64,000 nt of DNA from an uncultured Gemmatimonadales bacterium. Its GTDB lineage: Bacteria; Gemmatimonadota; Gemmatimonadetes; Longimicrobiales; Gaopeijiaceae. The translations under genes and the position numbers were made by a program. Below the pieces are notes generated by a model. The model had not been told where the DNA came from, searched no databases, and saw only the letters and a program-made list of their open reading frames with translations. This document shows, one piece after another, positions 37,393 through 46,310 of this stretch. Every line of letters starts with the position of its first letter. Within the stretch, counting starts at the first letter, position 1. The stretch covers positions 96,001-160,000 of the forward strand of contig CAWELD010000004.1 of assembly GCA_963809895.1 (NCBI GenBank), read 5' to 3'.

Positions 37393-38621
37393 GCGTGGAC
37401 GCCGCGGCCCTCAGGGAGGAATTCCCGGCGCTCCAGCAGGACGTCAACGGCAGGTCGCTGGTCTATCTCGACAACGCCGCAACTACCCAGAAGCCCCAGG
37501 CGGTGCTGGACGCCATCCAGCGCTACTACGCCCTGGACAACGCCAACGTCCATCGCGGGATCCACGAGCTCAGTCGGCGCGCCACCGACGCCTACGAGGG
37601 TGCTCGGGCGCGGGTGGCGGCCTGGATCGGCGCAGGCGACCCCGCCGAGCTGGTCTGGACGCGGGGCACCACCGAGGGGATCAACCTCATCGCCGCCGCC
37701 TGGGGACTGGACCACGTGGGTGAGGGCGACGAGATCCTCCTGTCGATCCTGGAGCACCACTCGAACCTGGTGCCCTGGCAGCTCCTGGCACGGCGTACAG
37801 GCGCGCGACTGCGCTACCTGGACATCGACGATGAGGGCGAGTGGATCCTGGACGACCTACCGGCGCTCCTGGGGCCGCGCACCCGCGTGGTCGCCCTGAA
37901 CCACGTTTCCAACGCGCTCGGCACCATCAACCCGGTGGCCGAGGTCGTCGCCGAGGTGCGGCGCCGGGCCCCGGAGGCGCTGGTCGTGCTGGACGGCGCC
38001 CAGGCGGTACCCCATCTGCCGGTGGACGTGAAGGCGTTGGGATGTGACGCCTACGCGTTCAGCGGCCACAAGATGTGCGGACCCACCGGCATCGGCGGCC
38101 TGTGGGCCCGGCGCTCGCTGCTGGAAGCCATGGAGCCCTATCAGGGCGGCGGCGAGATGATCTCGCTGGTGGAGAGGGACATGAGCACCTGGGCGGCGCT
38201 CCCGCACAAGTTCGAGGCGGGCACGCCGCACATCGCCGGCGCCGTGGGGCTGGGCGCCGCGGTGGACTGGCTGAGCGCACTGGACCGCGAGGCGCTCCTG
38301 GCCCACGAGCAGGATCTGACGGCCTACGCCCTGGAGCGGCTGGGTGAGCTCCCGGGAATCCGGCTGTTCGGGCCTTCGGACCCGTCCCGGCGAGCCGGCG
38401 TGGTGCCCTTCCTCCTGGGTGATGCGCACCCGCACGACATCTCCACGATCCTGGACTCCCAGGGCGTGGCCGTGCGTGCGGGACACCACTGCGCGCAGCT
38501 CGTCATGAAACGCTACGGCGTGGCGGCGACGGCGCGGGCCTCCTTCTATCTCTACAACACCCGCGACGACGTGGACCGCCTCGTGGAGGCGCTGGAAGCG
38601 GTCCGGAGCATCTTCGGATAG
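37389..38621 (+). CDS. sufS: Cysteine desulfurase SufS
   Basis: YLDNAATTQKP, EHHSN, SGHKMCGPTG, RAGHHCA. Confidence 0.96.
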   Translation: MSVDAAALREEFPALQQDVNGRSLVYLDNAATTQKPQAVLDAIQRYYALDNANVHRGIHELSRRATDAYEGARARVAAWIGAGDPAELVWTRGTTEGINLIAAAWGLDHVGEGDEILLSILEHHSNLVPWQLLARRTGARLRYLDIDDEGEWILDDLPALLGPRTRVVALNHVSNALGTINPVAEVVAEVRRRAPEALVVLDGAQAVPHLPVDVKALGCDAYAFSGHKMCGPTGIGGLWARRSLLEAMEPYQGGGEMISLVERDMSTWAALPHKFEAGTPHIAGAVGLGAAVDWLSALDREALLAHEQDLTAYALERLGELPGIRLFGPSDPSRRAGVVPFLLGDAHPHDISTILDSQGVAVRAGHHCAQLVMKRYGVAATARASFYLYNTRDDVDRLVEALEAVRSIFG

Positions 38622-38705
38622 CGGTCCCCGCGACGCCTCGCCGTGGGGGCGTTTGAGGCACCACCCCCCCGCGACGTACATTGCAGTTTCCTCAACGGAG
38701 ACGTC

Positions 38706-39185
38706 ATGGAGACACCGCAGCTCGACTCCCTGTACCAACAGCTCATCCTCGAGCACTACCGGAATCCCAGGAACAAGGGGGACATGCCGGACAGCTCGGT
38801 GGAGATCCACATGCGGAATCCGAGCTGTGGCGACGAGATCAAGCTGCAGCTCAAGCTGGACGGGGACCGTATCGAGGAGGTGGCGTTTACGGGACAGGGC
38901 TGCTCCATCTCGCAGGCCTCGGTGTCCATGATGAGCCAGATCCTGACCGGCGCCAGCGTGAACGACGCCGCCGAGCTGGCCCGGCGCTTCACCCGTCTCA
39001 TGCACGGCGACGAAGAGGTGGCCCGCGACCGCTCGCTGGGCGACCTGCGCGCGCTTCAGGGCGTGAGCAGGTTCCCGGTGCGCGTGAAGTGCGCGCTCCT
39101 GGGCTTCGACGCGCTGCAGGAGGCGCTCAAGCGGGGCGAGCAGGGCGAGGCCGTGGACGATCCGGTGCACGAGGAGGCATCCTGA
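38706..39185 (+). CDS. sufU: SufU (NifU-like) Fe-S assembly protein
   Basis: LYQQLILEHY, NPSCGD, GCSISQAS, RVKCA. Confidence 0.93.
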   Translation: METPQLDSLYQQLILEHYRNPRNKGDMPDSSVEIHMRNPSCGDEIKLQLKLDGDRIEEVAFTGQGCSISQASVSMMSQILTGASVNDAAELARRFTRLMHGDEEVARDRSLGDLRALQGVSRFPVRVKCALLGFDALQEALKRGEQGEAVDDPVHEEAS

Positions 39186-39739
39186 GCGGCACGCCCGTCT
39201 TCTCGGCCCACCTTCCCAGCACCCCGGTCGGCACCCTCCGCCTCTGGGCCACCGAGTCGGGACTGCGCCGGCTGGATTTCCGGTCCGGCCCGGACCTCGC
39301 CCGGCCCGGTGAGCGTCTGTCCACCGACTCGCCGCCGGCTCACCTGGCGCGCGCCCTGGATGCCCTGCGCGCCTACTTCGACCGACGCATCCGCATCTTC
39401 GATCTCCCGCTGGACCTGGGCGGGATCACCGATTTCCAGCAGCAGGTCTGCGATCATCTCCAGGGGATTCCCTACGGCCACGTCACCACCTACGCGGCGG
39501 TGGCGCGCGCGCTGGGCATGGGCGACGGCGGCGCCCGGGCCGTGGGCCAGGCCGTGGGAGCGAATCCGGTGGCGGTGGTGATCCCCTGCCATCGCGTGGT
39601 GGGCTCCGACGGAGCGCTGCACGGCTACGGGGGCGGGCTCGCGCGCAAGGCTACCCTTCTGCGCCTCGAGGGCGTCGATGTCGATGGCACCTCGGCCACG
39701 AGCAAGGTCCATCCCGAGGTCTTGCGCCTCCCGCTCTGA
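39182..39739 (+). CDS. ogt: Methylated-DNA-protein-cysteine methyltransferase (probable CTG start)
   Basis: IPYGHVTTY, ARAVG, NPVAVVIPCHRVVG active site. Confidence 0.9.
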   Translation: MSGTPVFSAHLPSTPVGTLRLWATESGLRRLDFRSGPDLARPGERLSTDSPPAHLARALDALRAYFDRRIRIFDLPLDLGGITDFQQQVCDHLQGIPYGHVTTYAAVARALGMGDGGARAVGQAVGANPVAVVIPCHRVVGSDGALHGYGGGLARKATLLRLEGVDVDGTSATSKVHPEVLRLPL

Positions 39740-39778
39740 CCCGCGGACACCCACCTTCCGCCGCGGCGTCCCGCCGGC

Positions 39779-41032
39779 TCACCCCCGCGGATCGAGCAAC
39801 ACCTTCACCGACCCCGAACGCCGACGATTCGAGGCCGCCGACAACGCGGCCCGCACCTGCGCCAGTGGAAAGACGTGGGTCACCATGTCGTCCACCGGCG
39901 CGCCGGTCTCCAGCAGGAGATCCCGGGTCACCTCGAAGGTGTGGCGCCGCTCACCCCGGAAGCGCTCCATGCCGTAGGCCACGAAGCCCCGCACGGTGAG
40001 CTCGTGGGCCCACACGAAGGTGAGGTCGAGGTTCGGGATCCTGGCCGCGCACCCGATCATGACGATGCGGCCCCGGGGGCTGGCGTAGCGGAGCGCCTGA
40101 CCGAGCGTCTGGCGGCTCCCCACGCAGTCGAAGATCAGGGAAAAGCCTCCGCCGGCGTAGACTTCCTCGCCCACCAGCGGCATGTAGGCCGAGGCGCCGG
40201 TGTCGATCATGGCCTGGCGGGCCTCGTCGCCCGGGTGGACGATGGTGCTCGCTCCGAGCTTGCGGGCCAGCTCCGCCTCGTGGCTCCGCTTGATCTGGGC
40301 CAGGATCTCGCCCTGGAAGCCGGTGGCCCGCAGCGCCCAGATCGTGGACAGGGCGATGGGCCCGCTGCCCAGCACCAGGACCGGCGCCCCGGGATCGGTG
40401 GGACCTCCGTTGAGCACGGCGTGCATGCCGATGGACAACGGCTCCACCAGGGCCGCGCGCCGGTCGTCCAGCTCCCCCACCGGAAAGAGCTGCGACTCGT
40501 GGGCGATGGTCTCCTGCGCCCAGCCCCCGGGAAGCGAGCGATGGTACCCCTGCGAGGTCCCCGGCGCGAAGGGCTGGCCGTCGACCTTCAGGGGACCCTC
40601 GTCTCCCGCCCTCTCGCAGGTCCCGTTCCACCCCTCGGCGCACGAGCGGCACCAGTGCGCTTCGTCCCAGCCGCGCACCCGGCAGTGGATGAAGGGATCC
40701 ACCGCCACCCGGTCGCCGGGCCGCACCCGGGTGACCGCGGGTCCGGTCTCCACCACCCTGGCCAGGATCTCGTGGCCGAGCACGGCGGGGAACGAGCCGA
40801 ACGGCTCCATGGCCGGGCTGGCGGTCATGGTGAGGTTGCCGATGTCGGTCCCGCAGATCCCGGCCAGGATCGTCTCCAGACGCACCCAGTCGGGGCCGGG
40901 CAGCGAGGGGGGCGCCAGGTCCACCAGCTTCACGCCACTCAGGGCACCGTACACGGCGCTCTCGCTGACACGGCCCAGGGTGCGGGCCAGCAGGTAGCGG
41001 GGAATCGAGACGTCGAAGGTGACGGCGCGCAT
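39779..41032 (-). CDS. Zinc-binding (MDR) alcohol dehydrogenase
   Basis: GICGTD, LGHE, Cys cluster (C..CRSC..C), VEPLS, GSGPIA. Confidence 0.9.
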   Translation of the reverse strand: MRAVTFDVSIPRYLLARTLGRVSESAVYGALSGVKLVDLAPPSLPGPDWVRLETILAGICGTDIGNLTMTASPAMEPFGSFPAVLGHEILARVVETGPAVTRVRPGDRVAVDPFIHCRVRGWDEAHWCRSCAEGWNGTCERAGDEGPLKVDGQPFAPGTSQGYHRSLPGGWAQETIAHESQLFPVGELDDRRAALVEPLSIGMHAVLNGGPTDPGAPVLVLGSGPIALSTIWALRATGFQGEILAQIKRSHEAELARKLGASTIVHPGDEARQAMIDTGASAYMPLVGEEVYAGGGFSLIFDCVGSRQTLGQALRYASPRGRIVMIGCAARIPNLDLTFVWAHELTVRGFVAYGMERFRGERRHTFEVTRDLLLETGAPVDDMVTHVFPLAQVRAALSAASNRRRSGSVKVLLDPRG

Positions 41033-42201
41033 CAGAACTCGTCGTAGAGTCGGAAGTCGGCGAGGCCCAGATTGGGCCTCCAGCCGTCGGGGGCCTGGTC
41101 GCGGCCGGCCAACCCTCCCTCCAGGAAGAGCGACGTGACGTCGCCGATGGAGTGGATCGGGCCCGCCTCGGGATCCAGCGTCTCGCGCACCCGCGCTCCC
41201 TCCTGCCACACGCCCTGGTTCTTGGGCAGGTGCGCGTCTCGCACCTGCAGCGGCTCCGCGGCGCTCCCGCCGAGCACCGCGGCCACATCCAGGATGCGCA
41301 GCATGGGGCCCCTGAGAATCGAGGCCGAGTGGAACCACAGGCCCCGCGGATTGCCGCTTCCCGCGGTACGGGGATGGCCCAGGCGGCGATGGAAGCCTTC
41401 GCCGGGCAGGGCGTCGTAGACCACGCTTCCCCACTGGTCCCGCTGCACCGACAGCCATCCCAGGAGCCCCAGGTACGCCTCCCGGTCCACGGCCACCAGC
41501 TCCTTCACGCGCAGGCGGGAGCGCTCCGCCGACCCCCCGCGGCCCCGCACCACCACGTATCCCGAGGGCCGACCCCGGGCGTCCTCGTACAGATAGAGGT
41601 AGGTCGCCTCCGCCTCCAGGAAGGACCACATGCGCGTGGTGCGGGTCAACAGCCCGTTGCTGCGCGGGGCGACCAGGTCGTAGATGCGACGTGCCTCGTC
41701 GGGTGAGCGATCGGGTACGCGCACCACACGGTCCCACCCGGGATAGACCGGCAGGTCGGCGGGGTGGAAGCGGTACTGGTGGAGCTCGCCGGCCAGAACG
41801 AAGTCGATGGCGCGGTAGAAGGAGGTGCGGAAGGGAAACAGCGCGCTCAGCACGTCGCCCCGCTCCCTGGCGATGCGCAACGCGGCCAGGCACATGCGCC
41901 GGCCGATCCCACGGCGGCGGAAGTCCGGGGCCACCGCCACCCCGGCCAGGCCCATGGTGGGCAGCTCCCGACCCCAGAAGTGGCTGGTGAGCCGATACGT
42001 GCGCAGCGCTCCCGCCAGGCGTCCCTCCAGCTCCACCACCCAGCAGTCGCTCAGGTCTCCGTAGGTCAGCCCCTCGCGGAGCTCCCGCGCCCGACGCTCC
42101 GCGGGCTTCTCCGGAAACGCCTCGGCCCACAGCGCGGCCATGGCGGGAATGTGGTCCTCGCCGGCGGGAACCAACTCGACGTCGGGATGATCGGTGGGCA
42201 T
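41032..42201 (-). CDS. Eis-like tandem GNAT acetyltransferase
   Basis: GLAGVAVAPDFRRRG, SALFPF..FY, PMLRILDV, terminal LYDEF. Confidence 0.85.
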   Translation of the reverse strand: MPTDHPDVELVPAGEDHIPAMAALWAEAFPEKPAERRARELREGLTYGDLSDCWVVELEGRLAGALRTYRLTSHFWGRELPTMGLAGVAVAPDFRRRGIGRRMCLAALRIARERGDVLSALFPFRTSFYRAIDFVLAGELHQYRFHPADLPVYPGWDRVVRVPDRSPDEARRIYDLVAPRSNGLLTRTTRMWSFLEAEATYLYLYEDARGRPSGYVVVRGRGGSAERSRLRVKELVAVDREAYLGLLGWLSVQRDQWGSVVYDALPGEGFHRRLGHPRTAGSGNPRGLWFHSASILRGPMLRILDVAAVLGGSAAEPLQVRDAHLPKNQGVWQEGARVRETLDPEAGPIHSIGDVTSLFLEGGLAGRDQAPDGWRPNLGLADFRLYDEF

Positions 42202-42358
42202 GGTGCAGAAGGTTAGAGGGGCCGAGGGGCCCGGTCCAGGCGTGACGGCCGCGTGCGATGGCGAGCCGCACGACACTGGACCGGGCTCGGCGGATGGGGG
42301 GTATGGTGGGCGACCCTCCTACGCGCCAACACACGTGGACTCCTGCTTCGGAGCCTTC

Positions 42359-43632
42359 ATGAAGTCCGTCATCGTCGGTGGCGTCCGCACCCCGTTCGCC
42401 CGCGCGGGCACCGTGTTCAAGAGCCTCACCGCCATCGACCTGGGCGTGGTGGCGGTCCGGGAGCTGATGGCGCGCACCGGCGTGCCGGGCGATCAGGTGG
42501 ATCAGCTCGTCTACGGGACGGTGGTCCACGACCCCCACGCACCCAACATCGCCCGCGAGGTCGGTCTCGCCACGCTGCCACCCACGGTGCCCGCCACCAC
42601 CGTGTCCCGGGCCTGCGCCACCTCCAACCAGGCCATCACCGACGCGGCCAACCTCATCGAGGTGGGCTACGCCGACGTGGTGGTAGCCGGGGGTGCCGAG
42701 TCGCTCTCGCACATTCCCATCCTGGTCTCGGAGCGCTTATCACAGGTGCTGGTGCAGGCCTCCAAGGCGAAGTCCATCGGCGACCGGGTGAAGACGCTGG
42801 CGAAGATCCGGCCTCGGGACCTGGTGCCCAGCCAACCCCAGATCGCCGAGCCCACCACCGGCGAGACCATGGGCGAGTCGGCGGAGCGCATGGCCAAGGA
42901 GAACCACATCGCCCGCGAGGATCAGGACGCCTGGGCCCTCCGCTCCCACGAGCGTGCGGCGCAGGGCACCGAGGACGGACGACTCACCGCGGAGATCGCC
43001 CGCGTGTACGTGCCGCCGGACTACGAGGAGGTGGTGACGGCCGACAACGGCATCCGCACGGACACCAGCCTGGAGAAGCTGGCGAGCCTGAAGCCCGTCT
43101 TCGACCGCGCCCACGGGTCGGTGACCGCCGGAAACGCCTCACCCCTCACCGACGGCGCCTCGGCGGTCATGCTCATGTCCGAGGAGCGGGCGCGGGCCGA
43201 GGGCATGGACATCCTGGGCGCATACGCAGTTACGCCTACGCGGCGCTGGATCCCGGTGACCAGCTCCTGCAGGGGCCGGCCTTCGCGGCGCCGGTGGCGC
43301 TGGATCGGGCCGGCGTCACCATGAAGGACATCGGCCTCATGGAGATGCACGAAGCCTTCGCCGCGCAGGTGCTGTCCAACCTCCAGTGGCTGGATTCCGA
43401 CACCTTCGCCCGGGAGCAGCTCGGCCGGGACCGGCGTGTGGGTCATCCGGACCTCGATCGTATCAATGTCATGGGAGGCTCCATCGCCATCGGCCACCCC
43501 TTCGGCGCCACGGGAGGGCGCGTCACCACGACGCTCCTCAACGAGATGCGCCGCCGCGACGTGGAGCTCGGTCTCGTGACCGTGTGCGCCGCCGGTGGCC
43601 TCGGCGTCGCCATGGTCCTGGAACGGGTCTGA
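42359..43632 (+). pseudogene. fadI: Acetyl-CoA C-acyltransferase (FadI-type thiolase), one base missing at about 43219 (possibly assembly error)
   Basis: VRTPFARAG, SRACATS, GNASPLTDGA in frame 1; EMHEAFAAQ, GHPFGATG, CAAGG in the -1 frame. Confidence 0.9.
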
Positions 43633-43672
43633 CACCAGCAGTCCGCGGCCTGCCGCGGGTGGAGGAGAGAGG

Positions 43673-45136
43673 ATGGGGATGAGGTCGAGGACCGCAGCCG
43701 CCGCCGGCACGGCCGCCATGCTGCTCACGCTGGGAATCGGCGCCGCGGCAGCCCAGGAAGCCACGACGCGTGAACGGGTGGTGGCGCTGGATCCCGAGCA
43801 CGGCATCACGGTCCTGAACGCCGACCGGCGGCAGGAGCTGGGCCTCTTTCCCGAGGTGGAGGGGTTCGTGAGTGCCACGCTCCTCGAGCCGGAACAGGGG
43901 AGCGGCTGGGTCCTGGAGATCGTCATGCGCCGCGACACCGGGACCGTCCGGGAGCGGCGACGCCTGGACGCGGCGGCGCTGGAACGGCTGCGGGGTCAGG
44001 TGGGCGTGGCGCTGCAGGGCATGGGCCTCGAGACCGCCGTGGATCGCGAGGGGCGGGGCGGCGTGGTCCTCGCCAGCACCGTCATGGGGCTGGGCTACTA
44101 CGGCTGGGCGCTCCCCGACGCGCTGGGTGTCACCAGCGACCGAGGTCGTCTGGCCGGCTACCTGCTGACCTCCGGCGCCTCCTTCCTGGTGCCCTACCTC
44201 GTCACGCGGCGGCATCCGGTCAGTCGGGCGCAGCGCAACGGCGTCGTCTGGGGCGCCACCCGGGGCGCGCTCACCGGAAGCGCGCTGGGCGACCTGGTGG
44301 GGCTCGGCGCCGACAACGCCGACAACCGCGACGGCTGGGTGAACGGACTGGGAGTGCTGGGCAGCGTGGGCACGGCGCTGGTCGGCCACGCCTACGCGGG
44401 TTCCGTGAACGACGACGTGGGCAAGGTGGCCCTGGCCGGCGCCCTGGGCGACTTCGCCCTGGCCGAGGGCTTCGGCTGGGCGTACGCCCTGGGCCTGTAC
44501 GACGGCACCACCCGCTGCGACGGCGACGTGTGCTCCACGCAGGAGACCGAGGCCACCCGGACCGGACACGCCTTCGCGCTCGGTGTGGGCGCCGTCGGCA
44601 CCGTGGCCGGCGCCCTGTACGCGCGTCACCGCGACGTCGGCCAGGGAGACGTGCGCGTGCTCCAGTCCGCCGGGCTCCTGGGCGCGCAGGCCGTGGCGCC
44701 CCTCGCCGCGGCCCTCCTGGACGAGGACGATCACGGCGACGACAAGGTCTTCGCCGGTATGGTGCTGGGTGGAGCCGCCCTCGGACTCTTCGTGGGCGAT
44801 CGCTACGGCATGACCGGGAAGCTGTCACCCGGCGACGGCCTCCTGGTCCTGGCCGGGCATCTGGCCGGGGGTGCCGGCCTCCTGGGCGTCCACTACCTGC
44901 TGAACGACGACGCGTCGGCGCAGGCCTACCTGGCCACCTCGGCCCTGGGCTCGCTGTTGGGGTCGTTGCTGACCTACCGGGCGGTGCGGGGTCGGACGGG
45001 CGCCGAGCCGGACTCGGCCGTGCCGGGCGGCAGCACCCTGGAGGTGCACCCCCTGTCGCTCCTGCAGGGGCTGGGCCGCAGCGGCGGCCGGACGTCGAGC
45101 GCGCCGCTGGCGCCGCTCCTCACGATCCGCTTCTGA
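43673..45136 (+). CDS. Exported Gly-rich multi-TM hypothetical protein
   Basis: SD GGAGG, signal peptide AAA-Q, many Gly-zipper hydrophobic segments, C-terminal Phe. Confidence 0.75.
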   Translation: MGMRSRTAAAAGTAAMLLTLGIGAAAAQEATTRERVVALDPEHGITVLNADRRQELGLFPEVEGFVSATLLEPEQGSGWVLEIVMRRDTGTVRERRRLDAAALERLRGQVGVALQGMGLETAVDREGRGGVVLASTVMGLGYYGWALPDALGVTSDRGRLAGYLLTSGASFLVPYLVTRRHPVSRAQRNGVVWGATRGALTGSALGDLVGLGADNADNRDGWVNGLGVLGSVGTALVGHAYAGSVNDDVGKVALAGALGDFALAEGFGWAYALGLYDGTTRCDGDVCSTQETEATRTGHAFALGVGAVGTVAGALYARHRDVGQGDVRVLQSAGLLGAQAVAPLAAALLDEDDHGDDKVFAGMVLGGAALGLFVGDRYGMTGKLSPGDGLLVLAGHLAGGAGLLGVHYLLNDDASAQAYLATSALGSLLGSLLTYRAVRGRTGAEPDSAVPGGSTLEVHPLSLLQGLGRSGGRTSSAPLAPLLTIRF

Positions 45137-45172
45137 CGCACCCACGCCTGCTGCGCCGATGGGCGTAGCAGG

Positions 45173-45673
45173 TCACTCCCGGGCCAGCTCCCGCTCCAGG
45201 CTCTGACGCATCTCGCGCCGACGCTGCCCCTCGCGAAAGCGCCGACGGTCTTCGTCGGACTCCAGATCCAGCGGCGGCACGGGCACGGGACGGCTGTCCT
45301 CGTCGATGGCCACGAAGGTGAGCAGGCAGGTGTTGGTGTGCCGCTCGGTGCCCTTGAGCAGATTCTCCGCCTTCACCTGAACGCCGACCTCCATGGAGGT
45401 GCGGCCGACGAAGTTCAGGCGCGCCACACAGGTGACCAGCTCTCCGGCGTAGATCGGCTCCACGAAGTCCACCTGATCGATGGAGACGGTGACGCACGCC
45501 CGTCCGGCGTGACGCATGGCCGCCACCGCCGCGGCCCGGTCCACCATGGACAGGATCACGCCCCCGAACACGTGGCCCAGGTTGTTGACGTGCTGGGGCA
45601 TCATGAGCTCCGAGACCAACGACTCCGACGCCCCGGGAGTGCGGGGCCGCAGTTCGGGTGAGCCCCCCGTCAC
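45173..45673 (-). CDS. Acyl-CoA thioesterase (YciA-like hotdog fold)
   Basis: MPQHVNNLGHVFGG, DRAAAVAA, VGRTSMEVGV, LTFVAID; GTGA overlap. Confidence 0.92.
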   Translation of the reverse strand: MTGGSPELRPRTPGASESLVSELMMPQHVNNLGHVFGGVILSMVDRAAAVAAMRHAGRACVTVSIDQVDFVEPIYAGELVTCVARLNFVGRTSMEVGVQVKAENLLKGTERHTNTCLLTFVAIDEDSRPVPVPPLDLESDEDRRRFREGQRRREMRQSLERELARE

Positions 45674-46185
45674 GGACGAGCCCCGCTGGCGCGGGCGTCG
45701 GCCTCGGAATCGAAGCGGCCTCCCGCCGCCGCGCGGATCCGGCTCGCCAGGCGCTTGGCGTCGTTGCTCCCGACGTACAGCCGTGTGCCGTCGTCCAGGT
45801 GCAGCACCACCGCCTGATTGCCGCTGGCCGTCCAGGCCCTCTTCTTGCCGGCCCCGAAGCGGATCCCCCATCCCCCGAACTCCCGGAGGGGATGGTACTC
45901 CACGGGCTCGATGCGCTGGATGCGGTCGTAGGCGACGTGCTTGCGAAAGGGCCAACCCCGTCCCAGCGCCACCGTCAGCGACTGACGTCGGACGATGACG
46001 GTCAATCCACCCAGGAAGTACATCAACAGCCCTCCCAGTACGGGGAGCCCGAGCAGCACCAATGCCGATGCATCGCCGGACTTGAGGGCGCCCCACATGC
46101 CCGCGGCCAAAGCACCCCAGATGATGAGCTGCACCCACACCGGCCACCGGCTCCGCTCTGTGTAGACGACCCTGTCCTGGTCCAT
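45670..46185 (-). CDS. Membrane protein with PH-like C-terminal domain, unknown function
   Basis: Two TM helices, then YHPLREFGGWGIR...LYVGS motif. Confidence 0.75.
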   Translation of the reverse strand: MDQDRVVYTERSRWPVWVQLIIWGALAAGMWGALKSGDASALVLLGLPVLGGLLMYFLGGLTVIVRRQSLTVALGRGWPFRKHVAYDRIQRIEPVEYHPLREFGGWGIRFGAGKKRAWTASGNQAVVLHLDDGTRLYVGSNDAKRLASRIRAAAGGRFDSEADARASGARP

Positions 46186-46310
46186 GGCGGTCTCCCTGCT
46201 GGAATGACGTACGCTCCCAACATACTACGCGCGACGTTGCCCTGCTTCTTCTCGCGGCCCACAATCGGGCGGCCGGCCTTTCACTCTCGTGCCATCGAAA
46301 CGGAGAGCGC

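Noticed and set aside
39779..42712. 977-aa ORF suggesting a GNAT-dehydrogenase fusion
   Set aside because: The GNAT is in a different frame with its own stop; the dehydrogenase starts at 41032.
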